From NCBI GenBank assembly GCA_964352775.1, contig CAYGTK010000002.1, positions 1-60,810 on the forward strand: a DNA stretch of 60,810 nt, in the 5' to 3' direction. The translations under genes and the position numbers were made by a program. The DNA comes from an uncultured Chitinophagaceae bacterium (GTDB lineage: Bacteria > Bacteroidota > Bacteroidia > Chitinophagales > CAIOSU01). The notes below the pieces were generated by a model. The model had not been told where the DNA came from and ran no database searches. It worked only from the letters and a program-made list of their open reading frames with translations. Of this stretch, positions 48,498 through 58,498 are shown piece by piece. Numbering within the stretch: the first letter of the stretch is position 1; each line of letters begins with the position of its first letter.

Positions 48498-50521
48498 TAC
48501 TTAATGATCAATTTCTTAACACCTGCACCTGTAGCGGTTTGCAAGCGAACGAAATATACACCAGATGCTAAGCTACCTAGTTGAACTGGTATAGCATTTG
48601 AACCGCTATTCACTTCAAGATCGCGGCTATAAACCACTTTTCCATCCATGCCAATTACAGCTAACTGACATTCTTGAGCAGTTGCAGCACCATCAATAGT
48701 TACGGTAAATGAACCCGTATTAGGATTAGGCTGAACACCTATTGCCATGTTAGTAGTATACCTATCGGCAATAGAAGAAGTGAAATCAATAGACTGAGAA
48801 TTAGATACCGTTCCACAACTGTTAGTTACAGTTAATACAACATTGTAAACACCAGGCTCAAAAATATGTGTTGGATTAGCAGTAGTATCTGTAGTACCAT
48901 CGTCAAAATTCCAGCTAACTGAAGTTGATGCAGATACATTGCTGGTAAAGTCATAAGAACCACCACCGTTATCAGTGAATTCGAAGAGTGCATTAGGAGA
49001 AGATAGATTCTCTGCATTAGGACTTCTATCCAATGGCAAGCAAGTAGTTCCAGGAGCGTGAACTCTGAAGTAGTATTCCAGATCGAATGGAAGTGTAACA
49101 CCTGCACCTGCAAGTTGACCAATAAGGTCGCTTATTTCGCCACCTTGTTCAATAGTTTGCCCTACTGCACTTGCGCTTACTGTTACATAAAGTTGGGTTT
49201 TGTATTGCCCAGGTGCATCATCAGTAGTTCCTGTGAAGTTGATACATGCTGAAGAGCCACCATTTATCAACCCATTTGCAGGGTTCAATTCATAGTCAAT
49301 CCCACATGGTAGGTTACCAAGGCTATCAATACGAATGAAGTTAACGGTTGCAGAGATAGTACCGATCGGAGGTGGAAGATCAACATTAATAGTCGCTGGT
49401 ACTTCAATACCGATATTATCATTAAAAGCTACTCCTTGCTCAACACAACCAAAAGCGTCAGGAATTGGCGAAGCACTTGCACTACCAGTAAGAGCTGGTA
49501 AAGGACAAACCGCAGCCACTGATGTAGTTACATCATCCATAAAGGTATCGCTACCACAGTCGTTATTAACGGTTAGTGATACGGTGTAAGTATTTGCTGC
49601 GCCATAAGAGTATGTAGGGTTAGCCATGTTACTTGTTCCAGATCCATCACCAAAATCCCAAGAATAGCTAGTAGCATCAGTTGAAGTACTAGTGAAAGTA
49701 ACATCAGAACCTGTAACACTAGAAGTAAACCCAGCTGTAGGGTCTGGAAGTGTTGTGATCGTAAAATCATCAACCTCCGAACCAGAAGTATTAGTTACAG
49801 TAACTGTGTAAGTACCAGCTGCAGAAACTGAAATATTATCTGTTGTCTGTCCTGTACTCCACAGGTAACTATTGCCCATCATAACAGGAGTAGTGGTAGC
49901 TGTTAATGTTGCACTTCCACCGCTACAAATACCCGCTGGGCCTGTGATCTCTGCGGTAAACTGTTGGCCAATTGGAGGACAAACCGCACTTGCAGTAAGG
50001 TTAGTTGCTCCTCCAGAAATATCAACAGTAGGGCATGTTGCTACACTCTCTTTAACTCTAACATAGTAGCTAAAATCTGGGCCACCGAACTGGCCAGACA
50101 AAGCACTTGCCTCACCACTTTGGTTTCCAAGAACTGGTAAATTAACCGTTATCCAGATGCCCAGCTTGTACTGACCTTCAAAATCAGTAGACGTACCCGA
50201 CACAAGAATACAACCTGTTTGACCAGTTGTAAGTGTGTTAGAACCCGGATTCATTTGCCAAGTAAGACCACATGGCAAGTTAGTAACACTATCTACTCTT
50301 AGTGAGTTGACAGTAATATTTCCGATCGGAGGGGGAGCTGCAATAGATGTGAAGTTCTCTACTTGGATCACTTCACTATATGCAACACCTCTATCTACGC
50401 AGGCTAGTGTTTGAAAATCTGGAACGAAGCCAGGGTTACCTGTAGCGGCAGCTGGCGTACATTGAGCTGAAGCGCCTAGGTAAGCCGCACAGCAAAGGAT
50501 AAGAGCAAATACTTTTTTCAT
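48497..50521 (-). CDS. secreted T9SS type-A cargo protein with two Cys-framed modules and PKD domains
   Basis: Signal peptide; modules QCTPAAATGNPGF... and VCPLPALTGS...; PKD signature WDFGDGSGTS...Y..AG.YTV.LTV.N.CG; C-terminal QPNPNTGSFTVTI...GVYFVRL. Confidence 0.75.
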   Translation of the reverse strand: MKKVFALILCCAAYLGASAQCTPAAATGNPGFVPDFQTLACVDRGVAYSEVIQVENFTSIAAPPPIGNITVNSLRVDSVTNLPCGLTWQMNPGSNTLTTGQTGCILVSGTSTDFEGQYKLGIWITVNLPVLGNQSGEASALSGQFGGPDFSYYVRVKESVATCPTVDISGGATNLTASAVCPPIGQQFTAEITGPAGICSGGSATLTATTTPVMMGNSYLWSTGQTTDNISVSAAGTYTVTVTNTSGSEVDDFTITTLPDPTAGFTSSVTGSDVTFTSTSTDATSYSWDFGDGSGTSNMANPTYSYGAANTYTVSLTVNNDCGSDTFMDDVTTSVAAVCPLPALTGSASASPIPDAFGCVEQGVAFNDNIGIEVPATINVDLPPPIGTISATVNFIRIDSLGNLPCGIDYELNPANGLINGGSSACINFTGTTDDAPGQYKTQLYVTVSASAVGQTIEQGGEISDLIGQLAGAGVTLPFDLEYYFRVHAPGTTCLPLDRSPNAENLSSPNALFEFTDNGGGSYDFTSNVSASTSVSWNFDDGTTDTTANPTHIFEPGVYNVVLTVTNSCGTVSNSQSIDFTSSIADRYTTNMAIGVQPNPNTGSFTVTIDGAATAQECQLAVIGMDGKVVYSRDLEVNSGSNAIPVQLGSLASGVYFVRLQTATGAGVKKLIIK

Positions 50522-50551
50522 GGTATATGGTATGGTTTAGGTTTATGGTAT

Positions 50552-51580
50552 TTAGTTAATTATTAATTTTTTGGTTGAAGTAGCATTAGCTGTATTCACT
50601 CGTAAAAAGTAACTACCTATTGGCAATTCTTCTACGTTCAGTATCATAGTCGTTTCCCCCTTTTGAGTAGATCGGTTTACCAGCACTTTACCCGCAAGGT
50701 CTATCAATTCAATAGAATAAGCTTTGTCATTATTTGAAGGGAAATTCAAAAATACATCGCCACTAGTAGGGTTGGGATACATAGTGAACTCCAACTCTGC
50801 TAAGTCGAAGATCCCAGTAGGGTTTTTTGGAGTAACAATAATGTTTTGCGTTAAGGTATCGCTATTACAATCGTTAGAAACTATTAAGGTTAGTGGATAG
50901 ATGCCAAAACTATCGTTAGGGTAAACATGCGAGAATGTAGTTTGATCAGTTATTATCGTACCATCTCCAAGATCCCAACTGGTGGTCATAAGTTCTGACG
51001 AACTAGAGGCATCCAAACTAACTAAGGTGTCAGTTATGGAAAAATCCAATACAGCGGATGGTACAGGGCAAGGACAAGGCTGCCCTACTTCTTTCACATG
51101 AAAAGTGAAGCTAAAACCCAAGGTGCCTGCCGAACCAGAAAAATTAATGCCATCCCCATTAGGTAGGGTTACCCTAATATCTGCCAATATATCTAAAGGG
51201 TAATCGCCTGCTTTATCGTTAGTAGTACCAAATATTTCAAGGCATCCATTTGTTCCTCCTGCAAAAACGCAAGTAGGAGGATTACAAGAGAATTGTATTC
51301 CGTCGGGTATATTGTCAATACCAGTTATGGTAATACTATCTATCTGAACTATAAGTCCCGCAGCTTGAGATAAAAAAAGACCAGCATCAACCATGTCGAA
51401 ATTCCGAAATTGAATAGTTGTATCGTAAAAAACACCCCTGTCAGCACAAGGCAAAAGAGTGTCCCCAGGATAGAAGCCAGGCTGGGTTATAGTAGTGTCT
51501 GGAACACACTGTGAAAACAATAGACCGCTCGCTGAGAAGCTTGAAAGGATCAAAAAACAGAGAAAGGTAGATAGCTTCAT
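50552..51580 (-). CDS. secreted T9SS type-A cargo protein with one Cys-framed module and a PKD domain
   Basis: Signal peptide; QCVPDTTITQPGFYPGDTLLPCADRG... module; WDLGDG PKD-like domain; C-terminal MYPNPTSGDVFLNF...GSYFLRV. Confidence 0.75.
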   Translation of the reverse strand: MKLSTFLCFLILSSFSASGLLFSQCVPDTTITQPGFYPGDTLLPCADRGVFYDTTIQFRNFDMVDAGLFLSQAAGLIVQIDSITITGIDNIPDGIQFSCNPPTCVFAGGTNGCLEIFGTTNDKAGDYPLDILADIRVTLPNGDGINFSGSAGTLGFSFTFHVKEVGQPCPCPVPSAVLDFSITDTLVSLDASSSSELMTTSWDLGDGTIITDQTTFSHVYPNDSFGIYPLTLIVSNDCNSDTLTQNIIVTPKNPTGIFDLAELEFTMYPNPTSGDVFLNFPSNNDKAYSIELIDLAGKVLVNRSTQKGETTMILNVEELPIGSYFLRVNTANATSTKKLIIN

Positions 51581-51622
51581 AGTTCCAACACTCTAAGATA
51601 AAAAATTAAGATGATACATCAG

Positions 51623-53011
51623 TTATCGCCCTACCATCTTTTCCGGCACGACTATTTCGTCAAATTTCTCTGCTGTAAGTAAGTCTAAAGCAAGGGCAGC
51701 TTGTTTCAAAGTAGTTCCTTCCTTGTATGCCTTTTTAGCTATTGCCGAGGCGTTATCGTAACCAATATGCGTATTCAATGCGGTAACCAACATTAGCGAG
51801 CGGTTCAAGTTGTCTTTTATTACTGGCAGGTTAGGCTCTAGACCAACAGCACAGTTATCATTGAACGAACGACATCCATCACCAATTAGGCGAGCCGAAT
51901 TCAACAAGTTGTGTATCATCATAGGCTTAAACACATTCAGTTGGAAGTGCCCTGTCATGCCACCAGTATTTATAGCAACATCATTACCCACTATTTGAGC
52001 GCAAGCCATCGTCAATGCCTCACACTGGGTAGGATTTACCTTACCTGGCATAATTGAAGATCCTGGTTCGTTTGCTGGTATCAAAAGCTCACCAATACCG
52101 CATCGAGGACCTGAAGCCAACATGCGAACATCGTTAGCTATTTTCATTACACTTACGGCAACAGTTTTTAATGCACCTGAAAGCTCAACGATAGCATCGT
52201 GAGCGCCTAATGCCTCAAATTTATTTTCTGCAGTTATGAATGGTAATTGAGAAAGGTCGGCAATATGCTTGGCTACATTTACCGCGTAGTCTTTTGGTGT
52301 ATTAATACCCGTACCTACAGCCGTTCCGCCCAATGCTAATTCGCTTAGGTGAGGAAGTGCATTCTTAACCGCTTTCATTCCATGATCTAACTGCGATACC
52401 CATCCAGAGATCTCTTGTCCCAAAGTAACTGGGGTAGCATCCATAAAGTGCGTTCTACCTATCTTAACTACCTCATCAAATTCCTTCGATTTAGCAGCTA
52501 GAGTATTTCGCAACAACTCCATTCCCGGCAAAGTCACTTCCACTATCATCTGATAAGCAGAAATGTGCATGGCCGTTGGGAAAGTATCGTTAGACGATTG
52601 CGACTTGTTCACATCATCATTGGGGTGAAGTACCTTTTCTGCATCTGTTAACGCACCACCTGATAATACATGGCCTCTGTTAGCTACCACTTCGTTCACG
52701 TTCATGTTACTTTGCGTACCCGAACCTGTTTGCCATATTTTTAGTGGGAACTGGTCTTCCAATTTACCCGCTAGTATTTCGTCACATACTTTACCTATAA
52801 GCTCTGCTTTTTCAGCAGGTAACACACCAGCATCTCTATTCGTTAATGCAGCAGCCTTTTTAAGAACCGCAAAGGCACGAATGACCTCCATCGGCATATA
52901 CTGGTCGGTGATCTTAAAGTTCTCTAACGATCGCTGGGTTTGTGCGCCCCAGTATTTATCTATTGGCACTTCAATGTAGCCAATGCTGTCTTTTTCGGTT
53001 CTAGTACTCAT
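51623..53011 (-). CDS. fumC: class II fumarate hydratase
   Basis: [15 protein letters not shown] signature, 462 aa. Confidence 0.95.
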   Translation of the reverse strand: MSTRTEKDSIGYIEVPIDKYWGAQTQRSLENFKITDQYMPMEVIRAFAVLKKAAALTNRDAGVLPAEKAELIGKVCDEILAGKLEDQFPLKIWQTGSGTQSNMNVNEVVANRGHVLSGGALTDAEKVLHPNDDVNKSQSSNDTFPTAMHISAYQMIVEVTLPGMELLRNTLAAKSKEFDEVVKIGRTHFMDATPVTLGQEISGWVSQLDHGMKAVKNALPHLSELALGGTAVGTGINTPKDYAVNVAKHIADLSQLPFITAENKFEALGAHDAIVELSGALKTVAVSVMKIANDVRMLASGPRCGIGELLIPANEPGSSIMPGKVNPTQCEALTMACAQIVGNDVAINTGGMTGHFQLNVFKPMMIHNLLNSARLIGDGCRSFNDNCAVGLEPNLPVIKDNLNRSLMLVTALNTHIGYDNASAIAKKAYKEGTTLKQAALALDLLTAEKFDEIVVPEKMVGR

Positions 53012-53023
53012 TATATCTGTCGC

Positions 53024-53803
53024 TTATTTTCGCTGAAAATTAGGTTTGCGTTTTTCTAAAAAGGCACTTGCTCCTTCTTGGAAGTCTTCGGAAGAAGCGC
53101 AATCACCAAATGCTTTTATCTCGACCTCGTAGCCGTCCACACCATCTTGATAGTTGGCATTGATACTGCTGATCACTCGCTCAATAGCTAAAGGTGCTTT
53201 TACGGCTATCTTCTCTATCATTTCCGAAGCTGTTTCAATAAGGGTGGCGTTGTGCCCCAACTTATTTACTAAACCGATACGGTAAGCTTCCGAAGCATTT
53301 ATCATGTCGGCGGTCATCAATAGTTCAAAGGCTCGGCCCTTACCTACTAAATGCGCCATACGTTGTGTGCCACCATACCCAGGGATAATTCCCAAGTTAA
53401 CTTCTGGCTGACCGAAACGTGCAGTTTCTCCTGCTATGCGGATATGGCAAGCCATAGCCAATTCGCAACCGCCACCAAGTGTATATCCATTTACAGCAGC
53501 TACAACTGGTTTAGGAGCTCTCTCAATAGCATTGAACACGGCATGTCCCTTTCTAGATAGCTCATCGGCATCTTCTTTTCCTAGGCCCATAAATTCTGAA
53601 ATATCAGCACCAGCTGCAAAAGCTTTATCTCCTGACCCTGTGATGATCGCACCTTTTAGTTCAGCATTGGTATACAATTCATTTATTGCCACGCCCAATT
53701 CCTCGATAAGCTCGCGATTCAGCGCGTTCATTTTATCGGGTCGGTTAATGGTTATCAATAAGATGTTATCGGTAGTATCGGTTAAGATGTGCTGATAGCT
53801 CAT
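53024..53803 (-). CDS. enoyl-CoA hydratase/isomerase (crotonase family)
   Basis: ITINRPDKMNAL, GAGADI and GGGCELAMACH oxyanion-hole motifs. Start placed at MSYQHIL (53803); the ORF is open back to 53827. Confidence 0.85.
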   Translation of the reverse strand: MSYQHILTDTTDNILLITINRPDKMNALNRELIEELGVAINELYTNAELKGAIITGSGDKAFAAGADISEFMGLGKEDADELSRKGHAVFNAIERAPKPVVAAVNGYTLGGGCELAMACHIRIAGETARFGQPEVNLGIIPGYGGTQRMAHLVGKGRAFELLMTADMINASEAYRIGLVNKLGHNATLIETASEMIEKIAVKAPLAIERVISSINANYQDGVDGYEVEIKAFGDCASSEDFQEGASAFLEKRKPNFQRK

Positions 53804-53940
53804 AGTCCAGTTTTTAATGGCCCACAAATATAGTAAAGCAAGCCCTCAATTCCCTTACCTAGGCCATCCCCTCAACGGGTGAATGTTTAACCTCATTTTC
53901 TCGCTTTTACTTGTAACTTTCCAGCATAACATCAGCCCTG

Positions 53941-55377
53941 ATGAAGACATACCATATTGAATGCATTTCTGTATTCGACATATTTAAAATTGGCGTAGGC
54001 CCTAGTAGCTCTCATACTATGGGGCCTTGGCGTGCCGCGTTAAAAATGTTACTCGATGCTAAAAAGAAAGAGCTATTCCACCAAATAGTTGGCGTTGACG
54101 TGCTGCTATACGGTTCGCTTGCCAAAACAGGAAAGGGCCACGGTACCAATATTGCCGTAACTATGGGTTTACTCGGTTTTGAACCCGTAAGTGTAGATGC
54201 TGCATCGGTAAAACCAACATTCAACCTAGTTAAAGAGACAAAGCAGTTAAAGCTTTTAGGTGAACATGTTATCGGTTTTGACCCTGCTGTTAACATTCAT
54301 TTTCTGCAAGAGCAATTACCCTATCACCCAAATGCATTACGATTCAAAGTCACCTTGAAAAATGGCGAGGAATTCAGCAGTACGTTCTATTCCGTTGGTG
54401 GTGGTTTTATTGTAGAAGAAGGACAAGTGAAAGATCTGAAAGAAGAGTTAATAGCCAAATACCCCGTGCAGACTGCCGCTGAATTGATGTATTGGACCAA
54501 TGAATTGAATTGGTCGGTATCGCAAGTCACCCGTTTTAATGAAGAGCGCTGGCAAAGTCCAATTAGAGTTCATGAGAAACTGATGGAGTTGTGGAGCGTG
54601 ATGTTAGATTGTGTTTATAAGGGATGTCATGCCGATGGCGTGTTACCGGGTGGACTGAACGTAAAGCGTAGGGCTTGCGAAATGAACACCAAGTTGATGC
54701 ATGGTAAAACATACAACGACCGCACAGCGTGGCTTAAGCAGATAAAAAAGATAGACCCGCCCTTCCGCGAAGCTTTGAAATGGATAAGCTGTTTTGCCTT
54801 GGCCGTAAATGAAGAGAACGCTGCAATGGGCAGAGTAGTAACTGCACCCACTAACGGAGCTGCTGGGGTAATACCTTCTGTAATGCTTTACTATTACTGC
54901 TTTACAGAGGAAGAGGTGAAGGAAGAAGACATAGCCAAGTTCATTCTAGTAGCTGGGGAACTAGGTAGCATGTTTAAAAAAGGAGCTACCATTTCAGCTG
55001 CACAAGGTGGCTGCCAGGCAGAGATAGGTGTGTCTTCGGCAATGGCGGCAGGTGCTTTGACAGAATGCCTGGGTGGAACACCCGAACAAGTAGTGATGGC
55101 CGCCGAAATAGCTATGGAACACCACCTAGGCATGACCTGTGACCCAATAGGTGGATTAGTACAAATACCATGCATTGAGCGAAACAGTATGGGAGCTATA
55201 AAAGCCATTACCGCCAGCCAAATAGCTTTAGATAGCGACCCAAAACAGGCCAAAGTAAGCCTTGATGAGGTGATAGATACCATGTGGCAGACTGCCCTTG
55301 ATATGAATGAACAATACAAAGAGACCAGCGAAGGAGGCCTAGCAGCAAAGATCCCCGTTAATGTAAGTGAGTGTTAA
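53941..55377 (+). CDS. sdaA: L-serine ammonia-lyase (iron-sulfur dependent, single-chain form)
   Basis: ISVFDIFKIGVGPSSSHTMGP N-terminal motif, 478 aa with beta and alpha domains fused. Confidence 0.9.
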   Translation: MKTYHIECISVFDIFKIGVGPSSSHTMGPWRAALKMLLDAKKKELFHQIVGVDVLLYGSLAKTGKGHGTNIAVTMGLLGFEPVSVDAASVKPTFNLVKETKQLKLLGEHVIGFDPAVNIHFLQEQLPYHPNALRFKVTLKNGEEFSSTFYSVGGGFIVEEGQVKDLKEELIAKYPVQTAAELMYWTNELNWSVSQVTRFNEERWQSPIRVHEKLMELWSVMLDCVYKGCHADGVLPGGLNVKRRACEMNTKLMHGKTYNDRTAWLKQIKKIDPPFREALKWISCFALAVNEENAAMGRVVTAPTNGAAGVIPSVMLYYYCFTEEEVKEEDIAKFILVAGELGSMFKKGATISAAQGGCQAEIGVSSAMAAGALTECLGGTPEQVVMAAEIAMEHHLGMTCDPIGGLVQIPCIERNSMGAIKAITASQIALDSDPKQAKVSLDEVIDTMWQTALDMNEQYKETSEGGLAAKIPVNVSEC

Positions 55378-55483
55378 CACACTCCCTTTTCCTAACCAAA
55401 TTGTTTTTAGCCTGACACTAGATCTCATTAGCAGTTGCAAGTAGCTTAGTATACCCCGTATATTTATCTTAAAGACCTTTGTT

Positions 55484-57334
55484 ATGCGCACTTTACTACT
55501 TACCCTATTCAGTACTATTATAATAGGCGTATCATTTGCCCAAATGCCTAAGCGATATGTTTTCGTGGAGCATTTCACCAATACACGATGTTCTATTTGC
55601 GCCGTTAACAATCCTGGATTATTCCAGCGGTTAGATAATAATCCTGGCGAAGTCCATCACGTATCCATTCACTCTGAAGTACCCTACCCGCAGTGCATAT
55701 TTTACCAGGCAAATGCAGCAGGCAATAATATTCGGAAGGATTATTATGGGGATGTATTTGGTACTCCTACTAGTTATACGGACGGTATTGTTAAGGGAAA
55801 TGGAAGCAACCTTTTACCACAAAGCCGTATTGATAATTTAGCAGGACGAACTAGCCCATTGCAGATCGAGGTAAGCGAATTGAAAACCGGAGGTATACTA
55901 TACGTTACCATTAAAGTGAGAACATATGACGTAGTTAGTCAAACTGGCCTAAAACTATATGCCGCCGTATTGGAACGTAAAGTGAACTACGCCGCGCCAA
56001 ATGGAGAGGATGACCACTATAATGTATTCCGAGCGATGTTACCTGCTAATGGCGGGGTAGATCTTTTTCCAGCGGCTATTGGCGGAGAGGTATTGCTCAA
56101 CTATCAAATTAATATTGACCCTAGCTGGAACTCTACCGAGTTGGGAACTCTAGTATTCATTCAGAACGATGCTACTAAGGAAGTATTGAACTCTGGAACT
56201 GCATTTGACATAGTACCAAAACCTGAGATAACTAATGCCGACTGTTCTACTGCAAGTAATGGCAGCATAGCTACTAATGTAACTGGCGGCACCCCACCCT
56301 TTACCTATGCATGGAATACGGGAGCAACTTCTGCTACTGTTAATAGCTTATCAGCAGGAGCCTATACGGTTACTATTACTGATGCTGCCAATTACGAATA
56401 CATTCAAGAATACGATGTGGCTGATGTAAATAGCCTAACAGGGAATTTGACCTACACGCCTACATCAGGAAGCACAGGCACAGCAACGGCAACCCCTACT
56501 GGTGGAACTAGCCCGTATACCTACAACTGGGGTAATGGTGATATGATGCAAACGGCTACAGGCCTTTCTGCAGGAGTTGTGAATGTGACCATAACAGATG
56601 CAAATGGTTGTGAAGTAATGGACAGTATTGATATTCAAAGCATAGCGCTTCAAGGTGTAGCTACAGACGTGACCTGCTATGGAGAAATGGATGGTTCAAT
56701 TACGATAAACCCCATTGGTGGAACAATGCCTTTTACTTATTTATGGAGTACAGGTGGAACAAGCGAACTAATTGAAGACCTTTCAGCAGGCAGTTATACA
56801 CTAACACTTACTGATGCCAATTCAGCAGCTATTGAAGAAACATATACTATCAACCAACCCGATAGCCTGAGCTTGAGTGTTTTTGCAACAGGAGCTAGTG
56901 GGGGTAATTTAGATGGCACTATTACTAGCACAGTTTCAGGAGGAACGCCTCCTTATAGTTATCTATGGAATGATAACTCAACATTGGCTGATCTAGAAAC
57001 ACTAGCTGCAGGAACTTACAGCCTTACCTTAAGCGACGCAAATGATTGTAGCCTATCAAAACAAGTAGCGGTAGACCAGTTAACTAGTATTACTTCTATT
57101 AGTAAGGAAGGCCTGAAATTATATCCCAATCCGGTTAGCAATGAATTGACGGTGGAGCTAATTACTTCTGATGAAGTGAAGATATTGCTCTATGATATTA
57201 GTGGTAAGCTACTGAAGAACATCAGCGGAACAGGTACTTCAACCATCCAATTAAATGATCTGGAAGCAGGCACTTACCTACTACACATTCGCGGAAAGAA
57301 ATTCAATAGGCAAGAGCGTATCGTGAAGTATTAG
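55484..57334 (+). CDS. T9SS type-A cargo protein with an N-terminal Omp28-like domain and five SprB repeats
   Basis: Signal peptide; VFVEHFTNTRCSICA (Omp28-like EEFTG.WC..C pattern, weak). Repeats of the form C....NGSI...V.GGT.P(F/Y)(T/S)Y.W....T......L.AG.Y.(V/L)T(I/L).D...C. C-terminal LKLYPNPVSNELTVEL...GTYLLHI. Confidence 0.7.
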   Translation: MRTLLLTLFSTIIIGVSFAQMPKRYVFVEHFTNTRCSICAVNNPGLFQRLDNNPGEVHHVSIHSEVPYPQCIFYQANAAGNNIRKDYYGDVFGTPTSYTDGIVKGNGSNLLPQSRIDNLAGRTSPLQIEVSELKTGGILYVTIKVRTYDVVSQTGLKLYAAVLERKVNYAAPNGEDDHYNVFRAMLPANGGVDLFPAAIGGEVLLNYQINIDPSWNSTELGTLVFIQNDATKEVLNSGTAFDIVPKPEITNADCSTASNGSIATNVTGGTPPFTYAWNTGATSATVNSLSAGAYTVTITDAANYEYIQEYDVADVNSLTGNLTYTPTSGSTGTATATPTGGTSPYTYNWGNGDMMQTATGLSAGVVNVTITDANGCEVMDSIDIQSIALQGVATDVTCYGEMDGSITINPIGGTMPFTYLWSTGGTSELIEDLSAGSYTLTLTDANSAAIEETYTINQPDSLSLSVFATGASGGNLDGTITSTVSGGTPPYSYLWNDNSTLADLETLAAGTYSLTLSDANDCSLSKQVAVDQLTSITSISKEGLKLYPNPVSNELTVELITSDEVKILLYDISGKLLKNISGTGTSTIQLNDLEAGTYLLHIRGKKFNRQERIVKY

Positions 57335-57340
57335 AGCGAA

Positions 57341-57496
57341 CTATTTATCTGTAGAAGAAGCCTCAATAAGTCGAGACAGGTTAACTTCTTGATGACCGTA
57401 GTGATATTTATGATCTAAAAACTTTACCCCTGCTATCATTAAAAATAGCACGAACAGTATAGCTAGTAATTGTACGTTCGTTCGTTTCTTTAGCAT
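57341..57496 (-). CDS. possible small single-pass membrane protein (51 aa)
   Basis: Hand-translated ORF below the track cutoff: MLKKRTNVQLLAILFVLFLMIAGVKFLDHKYHYGHQEVNLSRLIEASSTDK*. It has a basic N-terminus followed by one hydrophobic helix and fills an otherwise empty 205-nt gap. Confidence 0.25.
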   Translation of the reverse strand: MLKKRTNVQLLAILFVLFLMIAGVKFLDHKYHYGHQEVNLSRLIEASSTDK

Positions 57497-57539
57497 TGTG
57501 CCAAGTTAATGGTATTGGTCGACTTGTTAAAATGAGCCG

Positions 57540-58439
57540 TTAATAAAATGCTAGTACCTGCTCCAACCAAATCTCAGGATCGCTCAGTTGGCAGAAGTGG
57601 CCTACCCCCTCCATCAAGCTTAGCTTGGCCGTAGGTTTTACTTTCTTTTTCAAATACTTAGCAATTGCTACATTGCCTACAGCATCTGCAGTACCCCAGC
57701 AGATATGCACGGGCAGGTCTGTATCGGCAACAGCTGGTAACCACCTACTTTTTTCGTGTTCGTATCTGTCGCGGATGTATCCTATTAGCTTGTGGCTAAT
57801 TTTACTACCACCCTTATGCTGCACCTGTATCCAAAGCAGCTCAATATCTTGTGCCGAAAGTCCATCCGTTCCGTGCGCACTTTTTACTTGATGGCTGAAA
57901 ATGGTGTAGTTATTCAGCTTACTTAATAACGGACCGAAAGGAGATAACAATATTTTCTGCGCGATACGAAGCTTTGAGAATTCCATAACTATGCTACCAT
58001 TGGTGAACGTAATGCTCTGCACACCAGCAGAAAACCAACTGGGCAACTCACCACCATTTTGTCTTGCGAGCATTTCAGTGGCTACGCTCACACCCATATC
58101 GTGCGCTAACAAATGCCCACCAGTTACACCTATATGTTTCCAAATAGCAAGTGCGGTATCGGCTTGGTTCAATAGGGAATAGCTGTAACCTTCTTGTGGT
58201 TTATCGCTAAACCCAAAGCCAGGAAAGTCTAACAACACTACCCTACCAAAACGTTGCAATAGTCTATCTACTACCTTATGATAGGAATAAGAAGACTCAG
58301 GAAAACCATGAAAAAGTAATAGTGTGTTCTCCGCAGCTGCATCTTTATCCCCCAGGTCAACATAAAAAACTTTTACATTAACACTAGGCAATTGATAATA
58401 AGCACCCTTTTCACTCCACTGTTGTAAGGTTATCTCCAT
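57540..58439 (-). CDS. alpha/beta hydrolase (epoxide-hydrolase / haloalkane-dehalogenase-like, Asp nucleophile)
   Basis: HGFPESSY oxyanion region, nucleophile elbow AHDMG, C-terminal GHF His; 299 aa. Confidence 0.75.
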   Translation of the reverse strand: MEITLQQWSEKGAYYQLPSVNVKVFYVDLGDKDAAAENTLLLFHGFPESSYSYHKVVDRLLQRFGRVVLLDFPGFGFSDKPQEGYSYSLLNQADTALAIWKHIGVTGGHLLAHDMGVSVATEMLARQNGGELPSWFSAGVQSITFTNGSIVMEFSKLRIAQKILLSPFGPLLSKLNNYTIFSHQVKSAHGTDGLSAQDIELLWIQVQHKGGSKISHKLIGYIRDRYEHEKSRWLPAVADTDLPVHICWGTADAVGNVAIAKYLKKKVKPTAKLSLMEGVGHFCQLSDPEIWLEQVLAFY

Positions 58440-58498
58440 GTAGTGAAGCTAACCAGTTTACCGAGATTATAAAAAAGATCTAACCCTTTAAGGCAAAC

